Assembly (NCBI GenBank): GCA_002633005.1
Contig: NMRA01000180.1
Location: forward strand, 257,037-321,036
Length of the DNA stretch: 64,000 nt
DNA from: Phoronis australis
Taxonomy: Eukaryota; Animalia; Phoronida
Reading direction: 5' to 3'
The position numbers and the translations under genes are program-made. Below, piece by piece: positions 38,647-52,140 of this stretch. How positions within the stretch are numbered: the stretch's first letter is position 1; each line of letters opens with the position of its first letter. Below the pieces are notes generated by a model. The model was not told where the DNA came from and did not search any database. It saw only the letters and a program-made list of their open reading frames with translations.

Positions 38647-38855
38647 AGGGTATACACGCCGGGTTTGGATCATTTTCGACGCCTGTGTGGAATTTGCTGT
38701 CATGAGTACCATTGTGTTAGCAGGTCCAGGACTAGGGAACAGCCAGAATTTAGAGGCGCAGCTGTGGAATCATTTCCATCCCACGTCTCTGTCCGGGCAT
38801 ATATGTAAGTTTAGAGTTCAGGCATTATTTTCAAAATCAAAAAGTGTAGTAACGG

Positions 38856-39918
38856 TACCCAAAAAACGCTTAGCAGTTATAATTGCCAAGTTAAAGTGTT
38901 TCCAATACAAATTTGGCGATTTTCAGTGGAAATCAGATTTTCTATTTGTAGTTGACCGCCAAGATCGTTCAACAATTTTTAGATTTATGCGCGGAAATCA
39001 ATAAAGTTCAAAATCGATCAAAATTAAGCATGAATAATAATACATATCACACGTAAATCACGCGCAAGATCGTTACTGGAAATGTTCGTCCCACCACCTA
39101 ATTTAACTCAGACTCGACTCAGATTCAGACTCGCAACTCAACCAGTCACGTCGCGTGATACGGGTAATTATACCACAATATTGGCGTCAAATGGCAGATA
39201 CAACCGTGTAATAACCCATAAAGTTATCTCACTAGTGAGATAACGATTTGGCGGGAAACCGAGGACGGAGTCGAACCCGGGACCTTGAGTTTGCTAGTCG
39301 CCGACCTTAACCACTACACCACGCAGCAGCTGACGTCATCAAACGTGAAAATAGAATACTTAAATGAGCACGCGCAATAATCGCACGTTCAACAAACCGC
39401 ATTGTACTGTACGTATACGCTACGGAAAATAAGACACATAATTTCCATAAAAATGATATCTTAATTCAATGAAATATTTCTCTCATGTCCTCTTACTTGT
39501 AAATCACCGATCTCCAGTTTGAATGCGGGTATCGTGTCGTCAGGATCTTTGGCTTGAAAATTATATTCAGTNTACCCAAAAAACGCTTAACAGTTATAAT
39601 TGCCAAGTTAAAGTGTTTCCAATACAACTTTGGCGATTTTCAGTGGAAATCAGATTTTCTATTTGTAGTTGACCGCCAAGATCATTCAACATTTTTTAGA
39701 TTTATGCGCAGAAATCGATAAAGTTCAAAATCGATCAAAATTAAGCATGAATAACAAGCTACTTCTGAAAGCCAAGAGGATAATACATATCACACGCAAA
39801 TCACGCGCAAGATCCAAGAAAGCTTGTCGTTACTGGAAATGTTCGTCGCACCACCTAATTTAACTCAGATTCGATTCGATTCAGACTCGTAACTCAACCA
39901 GTCACGTCGCGTGATACG
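38856..39918. repeat. Local direct duplication (38856-39162 vs 39573-39918)
   Basis: High identity with small indels; second copy starts immediately after a single N at 39572. Confidence 0.85.
39250..39330 (-). repeat. tRNA-derived SINE head or tRNA pseudogene
   Basis: Minus strand GCTGCGTGGTGTAGTGGTTAAGGTCGGCGACTAGCAAACTCAAGGTCCCGGGTTCGACTCC: intact A and B boxes but acceptor and anticodon stems do not pair. Confidence 0.7.
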
Positions 39919-41403
39919 AGTACAAATATGTGAACTTACTTGAAACGCGTCAAACAACTGACCATCTAAATAGAAAATTCCGTAAAACATGCCCCATGAT
40001 ACGAAATGCATTTTCAACGCCACACTGGCCATTGCCAACAAACAAGTGTCAAAAACATAACCTAAGAAAAAGCTGAGTGCTTCACGTCACGCAGGCGATC
40101 TGTTAGTTAGTTTTAACCGTAAAAATCAAATGATCTTGTGACAAGGACTATGCCCCGGGGTCTAACTCGACTCGACTTTCGACCGCGGGGTTGCAGGCTG
40201 GACTCCGCGATGAAGCTGGTCTCCGAAAATCGCTTTTCTCTCCGATAATGACCATTTTAAAGTACAGATATTAGAATGCACGTGTTATATTTAAATCCTC
40301 GTGTACTTCAGGAACCATATTATCGTATGTATACCTGACTTCCCGTGAACGAACCCCAGACGTCAGACTAGTGTAATGTTTACTTATCAAACACGCTACA
40401 TTTGTAGAATATTTAGAGGTAGAAAAGTAAAGATCCCGGTGGCATTGGCGCTCGCGTGTAAATCCTTTTGGCCATTTTGTACACAAAATGTTTCATATGA
40501 AATGCGCTGATTAGTTTATTTAGCGTCAAAAGAATTAAGTTATCATTTCACCTGCGGCTGAAATGATAACACACGAACAAAAACGTATGCAAGACACATC
40601 CGAGGTCCCGTGCGTTAATTAGGTGGGGTCATTTTTTTAATTCAACCGTCTGACAATGTTTTGAGAAAATCCCCACTGTCACTCTTCCGGATGAGACATG
40701 CTTAGAGAAAAAAATCATTTTAAAGCCACTTTAATCAACTCATGCCATCTTTCATTTCCCTTCCTTAATTACGCTAGGTGTCTCTTTTTCCTACACGGTT
40801 CTTTACTTTCATTCATTCCACGGCCGCTCCATCTGTTACGGGTTCCGTTTTCAATAGTTTAAATCCCTACTCGCCTATAATAGTCTGGCAAAGCGCCTTT
40901 GCGCAGACTGTAATTTTCTCATTTTGTTACTAGTTCGTTCCATCATTTTTCCACAATTACATGGCGGCATTTGCGCCCATCTTTATCGTATCTTTTATTT
41001 GTATTTTCGTACATGTCTGGTCTTACAGTAACCGTCATTTTCAACTATACTCTTGTCATTCGCTGCAAGCTATCCCCAGGTCAGAGTAAGTGCGATACTG
41101 ATTATTACCGTATGTGGCGGGTAGTCTCTAACCCTGAGATTCAGCTCAAATATTATAAATTAACAATAAATTTATCTGGAGTTCTGAGAGTTCGTATGAA
41201 TTAACAAAACGGCAAATAAGCTGAACTGTTCACATCTTAAGCACTACAGAATACGTGAATTTCAATCTTTAAAGAGGAATCGAAAAACGAAATAGTGCGT
41301 ACAAAGACATTTTTATTTTGAAGTGTACGTACTTTTTAATTAAATCGGGAATTCGGTGTTTTTCTGTGTGCTGACTTTCTTAAGTAATCAAACTTTGGCC
41401 TTA

Positions 41404-41556
41404 AGGTCGGGTTGCATGAAACTTCAAAATTATCCGCTGGATAAGTTTGATTGTTGCATGACGTCAGGTGTATTGTTCAACAATAACAGCGTGACGGGTG
41501 AAAATACAACGTCAATGTTGCTATACGGCGTATAACTTTTATGCAACTGTGCCCTG
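41404..41556 (-). mobile_element. PIF/Harbinger-like MITE (inverted copy of 31042-31196)
   Basis: Shared AATTATCCGCTGGATAAGTTTGA core and GTTGCAT/ATGCAAC TIRs. Confidence 0.75.
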
Positions 41557-43339
41557 CAGATAGACATTCGTGTCCATAATGAAGCGATTCAGACACGCAG
41601 TTAATTTATTTGCACAAATAAAGCAAGTTCAAATACCCCAAGTCAGTTCTTCTCCAGTTTTTATATTGACATTCATTTCGTCATGGTTCTTTGATCTGAT
41701 TACTCGGAAATTATTCATTATACCGTTTCGTCCTCCTACTTAACATTATATGTGTGCCCAAGCCTTTTAAAAAAATTAACGTCAACAAATAGAATATTGA
41801 AGTTAAGGCCTTCGCTTCTTGTAAAAATATTCGTGTCGTTTTACATGACCTCCGGTTATGTGCGTGACGTATTTATCCCGACTACAAATAAAGTAAATTG
41901 AAGCATTTGGCTTCGTCTTTTTCAAGTAATAATATTTCTGTCAATTTTCGGCCTTTGCCATGTGTCAATTGCAACATTTGCTTAACAAATCAGCCTCTTT
42001 AAAATGTCTGTCAACAAACCTGAAATATATGCGATCAGTAAACCTTTCTGTTAGTTTGAATTGATCGATAATTCTTTGAAAGCTGATAGTATTGATAAAC
42101 TGATAGTTTGATAAACAATTATACTTTCCAGTGAAAAGCGTGTTGTATTCAGTTTACAAAAATTGTTCCAAAATCAATTTCCTCCCGTGCCTATTGAGTA
42201 CCACCAGGGGTAAAAAACGCTGCTTTAAAACACTTGAGCCCCATCAGGCGCACCTTCACTGCAAAAAAAGAGACAAAAAATCTCTCATTATCTATAGCAT
42301 TGCAGGTGTTTTGTGTTATCAAATTTTCCTTTCATGACATTAAGTATTTCACAAGGAAATGGCTTTCCGACTCTACGGCTCGTCAGTCTACGGCTTTATC
42401 ACGTCTCAGTAAACCAATACTCGATAAAGAGGGACTTAATGGAGCTTTTATCAGGGTGGGTAAAAAGGCGCTATGATAACACAGGTGTGACATAAAGTGT
42501 ACATCAGCTAGACTCGATTATCTACTGCAAGAGACTGCCAAAAAAGAAGGGTTATAAGTCAAACACTTTGACTCCAGCAAATGCAACACCTGAGCCAAAA
42601 CCTTAAGCGAATATGTCACCGGGGTGTGCCAGTTTGTCCCAACGGTTACCTTTGGGTGCTATAGTCAACAGAATTCAATATGTTGTAGTTTGAATAGAAT
42701 AGGTCGGGAGTGTAAGAGCAAATATCGTGGTCATTTTATTGATATATTTCATTCGTGTGACGATAATTGACAAGCGTCAGTTAATGAACCGATTTCCTAT
42801 GACGTCAGTCAACCCCCGATGCTGTTCTTCGCTCTGTTTTCTGGTATAGCTGGATGCATGTTTTATGATAATCACAGCACTAATTGCATGTCTAACTAAG
42901 ATATTTAAACGATCGAATTTAATTAACTCGCAACCATTGCTAGGTGTTTTCGATATACAATCAAATCATGCGTTGACAAGTTATAACATTAATTGTGCAT
43001 TATAGATGGGTTTGAAATAAACACTTATCAGCGTATTGACCTTTCGTTGCCTGTGGCAAAATGTGACAAAATTATTCACTTATCAAAATTTCAAAGTTAT
43101 GATTTCGCTTGTTGTGAACCTGTGAGAAAATGTAATGTTTCGAAATTTAAATTTCGCAGCCACTGAAATGTCACAAACGAGCGCTAACACTGGGGAGCGA
43201 ACGTTACTTGCTTCTAAAAGTACTAAATAAGTTCATCGTGCAAACTTCTGTTCCAAAACAAACATTTGAATGGACGTGGGATTTTTATATCCTGGTGGGC
43301 AGGAATTCATGACATTTTCCTCAGTTAAGGAGTTTTAAC

Positions 43340-44200
43340 AATGTAACCATAATATGTCATGGTAGGTGTCAAGTTCCGTCCGTCCGTCCGTCCGTCCGTC
43401 CGTTCGTGCAGAGATGCGTCCTGTGCACAACTTCGACATTCCTCATCTGATGCCAACCAAAATATTAAAATACTATATTACTTAGAAAGTGACATTGCAA
43501 TTACTGACAGCGTTTTGCTATTGGACCGTTTTTCTATGAATCATGACCCGTCTTTCATTTTAGCGCATGCACGTCCGTCCTTGATTCTCACGGCATGCAT
43601 GTACAGGGAAAACAACAGTTCTTCTGCACTCAACCATTCTTACATTTTTTTACCAGAATGGACAATATACTTTTAAAAAATATATTTACGAAGTGTCATA
43701 GTGCACATTGCCGGCGTTTTTGCAATTCGGCCGTATTTTCTTGAATTATGACCCGTTCTTGATTTCCACGCATGTATGTAGGGAAACATTCTCCTGCCAG
43801 TGTTCGCAACTCTCCATACATTTCTCATTGGACGGTGGCCAAACTTTCAAAAAACTATGATTGCCACAACACATATCTTCGGTGGTTTTGCGATTCGACC
43901 TGGTTTCCTTGAATTACGGCTCGTTCTCGATTTTCACGTATGCATGCAGAGAAACGTTATTCTGCGCACAATTCCTACAAAACATCCGGCAGGGGATATT
44001 GCTGTCTGTGACTTTCTTGTTCCGCGTTGTCTTATGCGAACAAACTTTTACATCCTACGCGAGTCTCCATTTACCATCCTGGAGTCTCAATTGCATTTTT
44101 ATGTGGGTCATCAATGTAAATGTCACATGAGTGAGTTATAATATAATGAATATTTAAATATGATTTTTTGAAATTAAAAGCTTAAAACATGACAAAGTTT
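43340..44200 (+). mobile_element. Helentron-derived/DINE-1-like non-autonomous element
   Basis: (CCGT)n microsatellite at 43375-43402 followed by three diverged ~170-200-bp units (TGAATYAYGRCYCGT at ~43537, 43742, 43910); short TGTCATG/CATGACA inverted ends. Confidence 0.4.
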
Positions 44201-46176
44201 TGATTATGTTCTTTTATGTCGTATTTATTTTATCCCAAGATAATACAAAATACAACTTAGATCTGTGGAACTCAATGACAGCTTAATTTCCTCACATAAT
44301 TCTTGATGCCAAGTGCGTTGCTTTCAAACTGCAATACCGCTATAATTTCTGTGGGTTGTTGTAAGCAATTGGGTGACCTCTATTGGAAAAAATTCGCACC
44401 TGTCGGTGACTAAGATTCAAATAGCGTTAAAGGGACAGTTGTTGATAAATTTGATTTTATGAGATTAGGTTCAAATTTCAACCTCTCAGTCGCTAACGGA
44501 GCTAACCCCCATTCGATAAATGATAGATTCTTTTAGACACATAGCTGGTAATTTAAAAGTCGCTGACCTTGATTTCAGTGAATGCCTGGCAGATAACGTC
44601 GAGCATTGGTGATCTGTAATAAAATCACAAAAAACACAGCGGGTTTTGTTGCTATATAGCTCTGGGCAAAGTTGTCCCATCCAACAATAACCAGAAAACG
44701 TTTCTTTACGTTGAACAAAATTTCAAATTTCAAACTGGAATAAACCAAGCTAGTGGCGGTGAGCTTTCCGATAAGAAAGCAATGAACGGCGGTCCTTAGT
44801 TTCATCATGATCATGTGTGACAAGGAACGCCAACTAGTCGTATCAAAAATAAGCTAAAAAAGCAAAATGTTTTACCCCAAAAAATTAACCAAAGCAATGA
44901 TTTTCAGTGATAGCGTTGCATGGGGCTTTAAAAGATATGCAGTATAACATTGCATATTGCGATATCTCGCGAACACTTGTGTGATCTTACACTTTCGCGA
45001 AATTCTCGTGTCTACTGAACGCAGCCCAGAATTATTAATGCAAAATTACGGATATCCTGTTGCTTTCTCAGTTCGAATACTTTCATGTAGTTCAGTTGAT
45101 ACTTGACCTCCAAGGATCATAAACATGAATAACCCGTTATAAAAATGAATACTAATACTGTCCTGTTATTATCAGAAGGAAGTAATACGGGTATTAACCT
45201 GCTTAGTTTACGTTTGATAGTTGATCCACCAAACGTGATATTGAATAGATACAGATATAAGGTCGGGTTCGTCGTTCGCTTGCGACATTTCTATTGGGGA
45301 TAAGACGGGTCAGGTGAACTATTGCTACTTCATCTGAAAGCTGAAAGCGTTGTTCATCCAAAATATTGCGTTGACTGCGTTACCGTCCAAGCACGGGATA
45401 GTGATTCGAGTTGGACGGCCTGCCCAAAGGTTTACACACGCCCGCCGCCGGATTTAGCAAACTTTTCAGAAGTTTTCTAAACTTTAAGGATTGGCTAGGA
45501 TTAAAGAGACATTATCTTTTCACGGTTGGAAAACGCATTTTGAGATTATTTTGGGGTGGGATGGACATTTTGAAGTTAGCTTTGACCGAAGCTAATAAAA
45601 CAATAAAATTCGTCGTCGGTGTTTTTTGTGATTCTATTGCAAATCGGCAATTTTCACCGATGCCTGCCACACAATCACTGAAATGACTTTCCCAATCGCA
45701 TACGCTTAAAACTCTCTTCATCAGTTTAGCTCTGCACGTGCTCGAGCGCTGGACGAGGTGGAAATCCTTTCAGACTTATTTATCTACTACAGTTCAAATT
45801 TTTACGTAAAACTGAGAAAGATTGGCGGAATGGGTAGCTTGTTTAAAGATGATTTCTCCTTTCTGGTACTGGCAATTTGACATCCATTGGATAACAAGGA
45901 AATTGAGCCTATAGTACCATGTAAGTTTAAAAAAACTGAAACAGATGGGATATGTTAAGTTATATAATATCAAATTTTTGTGTTGTTTTATAACCATTAT
46001 TAACTTCACTATAGTTTCACCCCCGTCTCATTTCTAGTTTCCTGCATGTGTTTGTGTCGCGGGATCTCGATTTCACGGATAAGTCACAATCGCGATCATT
46101 TTGGATTTCCAATCATTACTTCAGGCTGGTATTTCGAACACACATGTGTTTAACACAACAAGCAAATTGGCTGGTT

Positions 46177-46190
46177 GTCTCTATAGCAAC
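46177..46190. promoter_or_regulatory. RFX X-box (duplicate at 47666-47679)
   Basis: GTCTCTATAGCAAC fits GTHNYY-AT-RRNAAC; ATTGG just upstream and AACATGGCGG ~65 nt downstream. Confidence 0.5.
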
Positions 46191-46256
46191 GGTTTCTAGT
46201 CGACTGGCTTGCTAAGCCGACTGTGCCACGATTACAATCCTGTGTCCACCCTTAAC

Positions 46257-46322
46257 ATGGCGGAAAACTGGGAAACTAGGGAATTGGCTAATATTGCTTT
46301 GGAAGTCAAATTTCTAGTCAAA
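46257..46322 (+). CDS. Candidate first coding exon MAENWETRELANIALEVKFLVK (duplicate at 47746-47811)
   Basis: Strong Kozak AACATGG downstream of the X-box; possible phase-0 GTTTGT donor followed by AT-rich intron-like sequence; downstream exons not established. Confidence 0.3.
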
Positions 46323-49300
46323 GTTTGTGTTATATATTAACTATATACAAATTAATACCTATATGCAAAACTGATTAAATACACGACACTTAATTGTCGT
46401 TATTAACAGTCTTTATTCCGTTCCGTTCGTATCCTCGGAACAAAGTTCTACGCTCAACAGAATAATGGTGAAGCAACTGACCAAGAGACATGATTAAAAG
46501 ACACACACGATATTTCGAATCATACTTGTTTCATTCTCAAGTGGAAATAAAATGACGCAGTAATACCACCACAGAGCAAAAGCTGGAGACATCCACAGTG
46601 GGACACGGCAGGTGTGAAATACTGCAAATAATGACAAATGAAGTGGGGTCTGAACAGGAAAGTCACGCAAACACGTGCAACGTGCGGCGCGACCCTGTTA
46701 GCTGCTCGTTCCATGCGCGCACCCAGGGGGCTCGGGGGGCTCGAATGGCAAAGTGGGGAAAAGACTTCGCCTTAGAGGGACAAAGTCCGAGAAAACGAGA
46801 CGAAAGTCCACTGAAAAGACATAAACGCACAATTCACAGCTCCGAGCGTGGTACCCCGTTATTTAGTCTCCTCGCTTTTTGTTAGTAAAAGGTCCACGTC
46901 GTCGATAATTCGAGCCCCCCATATTACAGGGTGGGTGACCCCTAGAAAACTTTACATTCCATAAAAAAGACATTACGTTTGACCCATTGTTTGGTGCACG
47001 TCTAGAATTATAAATCCACAATTTACACTTGGATATGATAACTCCGTATTAATACCCATTAAAAAGAGATATTTATACAGAATTTTCATATTACAATTTT
47101 AACAAAAATTTAAATGAAAAACCGAAGGTGTGAAAAAATGAAATTGATTCGAAAGTTTCAAAGTGACATTTGATCATATCTTGAAAAACCTGCCCCCCTG
47201 CTTAGTGTACCTAAATGGCGAAGTTTAAAAATTCAGAATAGCCCTTAGACAATGACCACCACGGCAGGTGGTATGAGACATATCCCCTGGCGTGCGCAGT
47301 GTGAAAATGGCGATTTACCGATTTTGGGAACTGGACGAGAGACTGCTCGAAGAAAAAGTTTGATAACGGGAGTATTTGTTCGAGGTATTTATAACAACGT
47401 GTCTTTGATGTTTTTGTCAGTGCGAGGCATATTTCGCCGAAAAGCTCCCGGCGTATGAAGCGTCTGTAGGAGCTCCACCGTCTATGCCAATAATAGAGAC
47501 GGGTGCCAGTAGAGACAGGTGCCAGTAGAGACGGTGGTCACTGTCTAAATAANTTTCGATTTCACGGATTAGTCACAATCGCGATCATTTTGGATTTCCA
47601 ATCATTACTTCAGGCTGGTATTTCGAACACACCTGTGTTTAACACAACGAGCAAATTGGCTGGTTGTCTCTATAGCAACCGTTTCTAGTCGACTGGCTTT
47701 CTAAGCCGACTGTGCCACGATTACAATCCTGTGTGCACCCTTAACATGGCGGAAAACTGGGAAACTAGGGAATTGGCTAATATTGCTTTGGAAGTCAAAT
47801 TTCTAGTCAAAGTTTGTGTTATATATTAACTATATGCAAATTTATACCTATATGCAAAACTGATTAAATACACGACACTTAATTGTCGTTATTAACAGTA
47901 TTTATTCCTTTCCGTTCGTATCCTCGGAACAAAGTTCTACGCTCAACAGAACAATGGTGAAGCATTGAACTGACCAAGAGACATGATTAAAAGACACACA
48001 CGATATTTCGAAACATACTTGTTTCATTCTCAAGTGGAAATAAAATGACGCAGTAACACCACCACAGAGCAAAAGCTGGAGACATCCACAGTGGGACACG
48101 GCAGGTGTGAAATACTGCAAATAATGACAAATGAAGTGGGGTCTGAACTGGAAAGTCACGCAAACACGTGGAACGTGCGGCGCGACCCTGTTAGCTGCTC
48201 ATTCCATGTGCGCACCCATTTCAGTTGGCGAAGTGGGCGAAACGAAAAGGTCCGCCCCTTAGAGACAAAATGTCCGAGAAAATTGGACAAAAGTTCACTA
48301 AATAAGCGCAAACGCGCGCAATCCACAATGGTGCTCCCGTTTTTTTTTCTTTTTTTNNNNNNNNNNNNNNNNNNNNNNNNNNNNNNNNNNNNNNNNNNNN
48401 NNNNNNNNNNNNNNNNNNNNNNNNNNNNNNNNNNNNNNNNNNNNNNNNNNNNNNNNNNNNNNNNNNNNNNNNNNNNNNNNNNNNNNNNNNNNNNNNNNNN
48501 NNNNNNNNNNNNNNNNNNNNNNNNNNNNNNNNNNNNNNNNNNNNNNNNNNNNNNNNNNNNNNNNNNNNNNNNNNNNNNNNNNNNNNNNNNNNNNNNNNNN
48601 NNNNNNNNNNNNNNNNNNNNNNNNNNNNNNNNNNNNNNNNNNNNNNNNNNNNNNNNNNNNNNNNNNNNNNNNNNNNNNNNNNNNNNNNNNNNNNNNNNNN
48701 NNNNNNNNNNNNNNNNNNNNNNNNNNNNNNNNNNNNNNNNNNNNNNNNNNNNNNNNNNNNNNNNNNNNNNNNNNNNNNNNNNNNNNNNNNNNNNNNNNNN
48801 NNNNNNNNNNNNNNNNNNNNNNNNNNNNNNNNNNNNNNNNNNNNNNNNNNNNNNNNNNNNNNNNNNNNNNNNNNNNNNNNNNNNNNNNNNNNNNNNNNNN
48901 NNNNNNNNNNNNNNNNNNNNNNNNNNNNNNNNNNNNNNNNNNNNNNNNNNNNNNNNNNNNNNNNNNNNNNNNNNNNNNNNNNNNNNNNNNNNNNNNNNNN
49001 NNNNNNNNNNNNNNNNNNNNNNNNNNNNNNNNNNNNNNNNNNNNNNNNNNNNNNNNNNNNNNNNNNNNNNNNNNNNNNNNNNNNNNNNNNNNNNNNNNNN
49101 NNNNNNNNNNNNNNNNNNNNNNNNNNNNNNNNNNNNNNNNNNNNNNNNNNNNNNNNNNNNNNNNNNNNNNNNNNNNNNNNNNNNNNNNNNNNNNNNNNNN
49201 NNNNNNNNNNNNNNNNNNNNNNNNNNNNNNNNNNNNNNNNNNNNNNNNNNNNNNNNNNNNNNNNNNNNNNNNNNNNNNNNNNNNNNNNNNNNNNNNNNNN

Positions 49301-51033
49301 NNNNNNNNNNNNNNNNNNNNNNNNNNNNNNNNNNNNNAATTGCTGACTAGCACATGCGCGCACCTCTGGCAGAGGGGCTGGGGGGGGGGGGGCGAATGCA
49401 CAAAGCACAGGCCTTGAACAAACCCAGTTTACCAGTTTTTTTTAGTAATAAGGTCCACAAAGCCAAATATTCGAGACCGCTGGATCCCTGCATTTTAGGC
49501 TGGGTGTGCGCATGTGGCGAAATTCTGATTATTCCAGTGCCGTGGCCCTCTAACTCAAAATCCTGGATCCTCCCCTGGAATGGTTCACAAATACGTCCAA
49601 AAACGGGATCTTGACATTTACAGGAAGCTCGTAGGTAAACTTCATTTCAGAGTGACGCTCAAGTTCATCAGGTACGGATAACAAGTCATCCAAAGCACAA
49701 AACAATATTGTCTACACTCGCCGGTACATAGATAGGTGTCGTGTATTTAATCGATTTTGCATATTGGAAAACTTGCTCCCGAAATAAAGCCAAAGTAATA
49801 CCTCAAAAACAAGACATAGCAGTGGGAACTCTTGAAGAAAGACTGTGTGTTGTCTAGACTAAGGACTGTTAAGTAGCTACTTGTGGACGAGTTGAAGGGA
49901 AGTTTTCGGGTGAGTAGCCTAATTTTAATGCAGTGTACTCAGCTTCAACATCCGGCCGACTTGCGATGTAAATCATGGGAATTGAACCGAGTCTGTAGGA
50001 CTTCGATAGTAGAAAACATTTGTAATGTGTGGCAATTTTCGTAGGGGTGACTCAAGAGGGTCCGGACCCCCTGTTTACCCTTAATTTTAGTGATATCAAA
50101 TCTAGAATTTTCAAATTGTTTACTTGGACCCCTTTTTTAAAAAATCCTTTGTAAGACCCCCTTTTAAAAAACCTGGATCCGCCTCTGTTTTCTCATAACC
50201 TGGTACCTCACTGAAATCGTATATGTTCCTGTGTGAATGAGATGTCTTCAAATGGGAGTCCAGTAAATAATTTTTTCAAAAAATAATACTACTTCATACT
50301 CGCCGCCTCTTTCGTTGCGGTATACCTCACTGCTAGCGTGACTCTAGCCTAGTCACAACCTAAGGTGTCACCTATCATTATTTCAAAAGGTAGTGTAAGC
50401 CTCCGGCCCACATCACACATTCGGCTTAAACAGTTGACAACAAGGTCACAAATCAGATATAGAATACTATTTACAATAAAATGACCAGGCAACTTCTTTG
50501 TGCCACTGGCGAAACACTTTTAACAAAAATGAGCTAACAAAAGTCTTGTAATGACTTATCCATTCGGTGATGACATAAAACTGATAAAGTAGAATAAATA
50601 TTGTGAGGTGTATTTTTTCCTAAAATGTCAATGCAAAATGTAAAAATAAACACGAGAAGCTCATTTACAATTTTACGTTTATCTAAGCTACGTGTAGAAC
50701 AAAAAATACAGAAGAGCTCCTCTCTGGGGGTATTAACTTGCCCTCCTTGTTCAATCTGGAGATAGAGGCGCGAACATCGAAAGACAGCAAGAACAGTCCT
50801 AACATGACGATTATACATATGTGTTGTCACAGACATCAAGTCGTTCGGCACTGTCCAAGGAGCCAAGTGAAACGGCGCATTGATATAAATTACAGTGAAC
50901 ATTTAAACACTTTTCCGTTTATGTTAACATTTCTCTGGTTTTAATCTCTGCATTGCATCTATAGGATACAATTCGTCAGTTTGCTCAGAAAATGAATATT
51001 AAAGTAATTATAGATGTAAAGTTAGCTCACATT

Positions 51034-51836
51034 TTTAAAATTCTTCACCCATTAAAACTTCTTCATGGGATTTACTTTATATTTCCAGATTAATGTCAGG
51101 ACCGCTGCGATGTTTGGCTCTATTGGGTGACATCATTCCAGTTTTTGGAGACGAGATACATCTAGAGATGGCGCCATGTCCGAAACGTTTCCGGGTCACG
51201 CGCATTTTTCAGTGATATTATTCGAAAGTAATACCAAGGAGTGTACGAGTATAGGAGAGTTCACTCAGCCATTTTACCATTCGCCGCAATGGTTACCAGT
51301 CGAAACACTAGCGCTCCAAGCGGTGAATAATCAATACTTACTTAGGAGCGCAGTCCGAACAATGTAAACACTGATGAATTCATACTTTAATGACGTTCAA
51401 CGTGCAATAAAATTACTGTGTGATTGAAAATGGTTAGAATACGTAAACTAACATCCACTTATAATCGAATGAGAATGAAAATGTGTATTTTAATCAATAT
51501 TAAAGTGTATTTGTTTTTATTCTTTTGAAGCTCCCTTCAAAATCTATCATCGGTTTTGTTTCATAATTGAGTTCTTAACAAGGCAAATTATCTTTCCTTA
51601 TAACAGTTCATACCTCCATGGACAATAAAATTTGANTTTAAAATTCGTCACCCATTAAAGCTACTTCATGGGATTTACTTTATATTTTCAGATTAATGTC
51701 AGGACCGCTGTGATGTTTGGCTCTACTGGGTGACGTCATTCCAGTTTTTGGAGACGAGATACATCTAGAGATGGCGCCATGTCCGAAACGTTTCCGGGTC
51801 ACGCGCATTTTTCAGTGATATTATTCGAAAGTAATA
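51034..51836. repeat. Local direct duplication of ~200 bp (51034-51233 vs 51637-51836)
   Basis: Near-identical; second copy follows a single N at 51636. Confidence 0.9.
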
Positions 51837-51929
51837 TGAATTAGTCTTAGATGTTATTTTTGGATAGGACTATCTTCTTCGTTGAAGTTAATAGCTTTCG
51901 CCGATAAATCAAAGCCAGTGATTTAATTT

Positions 51930-52140
51930 CATGCGCGCACCCCAGTTGGCGAAGTGAGCAAAAAGGTCTGCCTCAGAGAAAGAAGTCCGAGAAAACGAGA
52001 CAAAAGTCCACAGGATTTCGGCGCTAATGCGCAATTCATAGGTCTGAACGTACATGTAGTACCCCAGGTTTTTTGTGTTTGTTTTTTCACTAAAAGATCC
52101 ACATACTGAACCCCTTTATACTAGGCTGGGTGCGCGCATG
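51930..52140. mobile_element. hAT-like MITE with CATGCGCGCACCC TIRs; relatives at 46712, 48205 and 49353-49514
   Basis: CATGCGCGCACCC...GGGTGCGCGCATG; shared internal GTCCGAGAAAA. Confidence 0.7.

Larger units (their letters stand above)
46067..48218. repeat. Local direct duplication of ~660 bp (46067-46725 vs 47556-48218)
   Basis: Near-identical copies; second begins just after a single N at 47553. Confidence 0.9.

Noticed and set aside
39250-39330. Functional tRNA gene
   Set aside because: A/B boxes present but acceptor and anticodon stems do not pair; treated as SINE or pseudogene
48091-49408. Long ORFs of 367-419 aa in the ORF track
   Set aside because: Artefacts of translating through an N gap; the same applies to the gap-spanning ORFs at 4379-4968 except the THAP start
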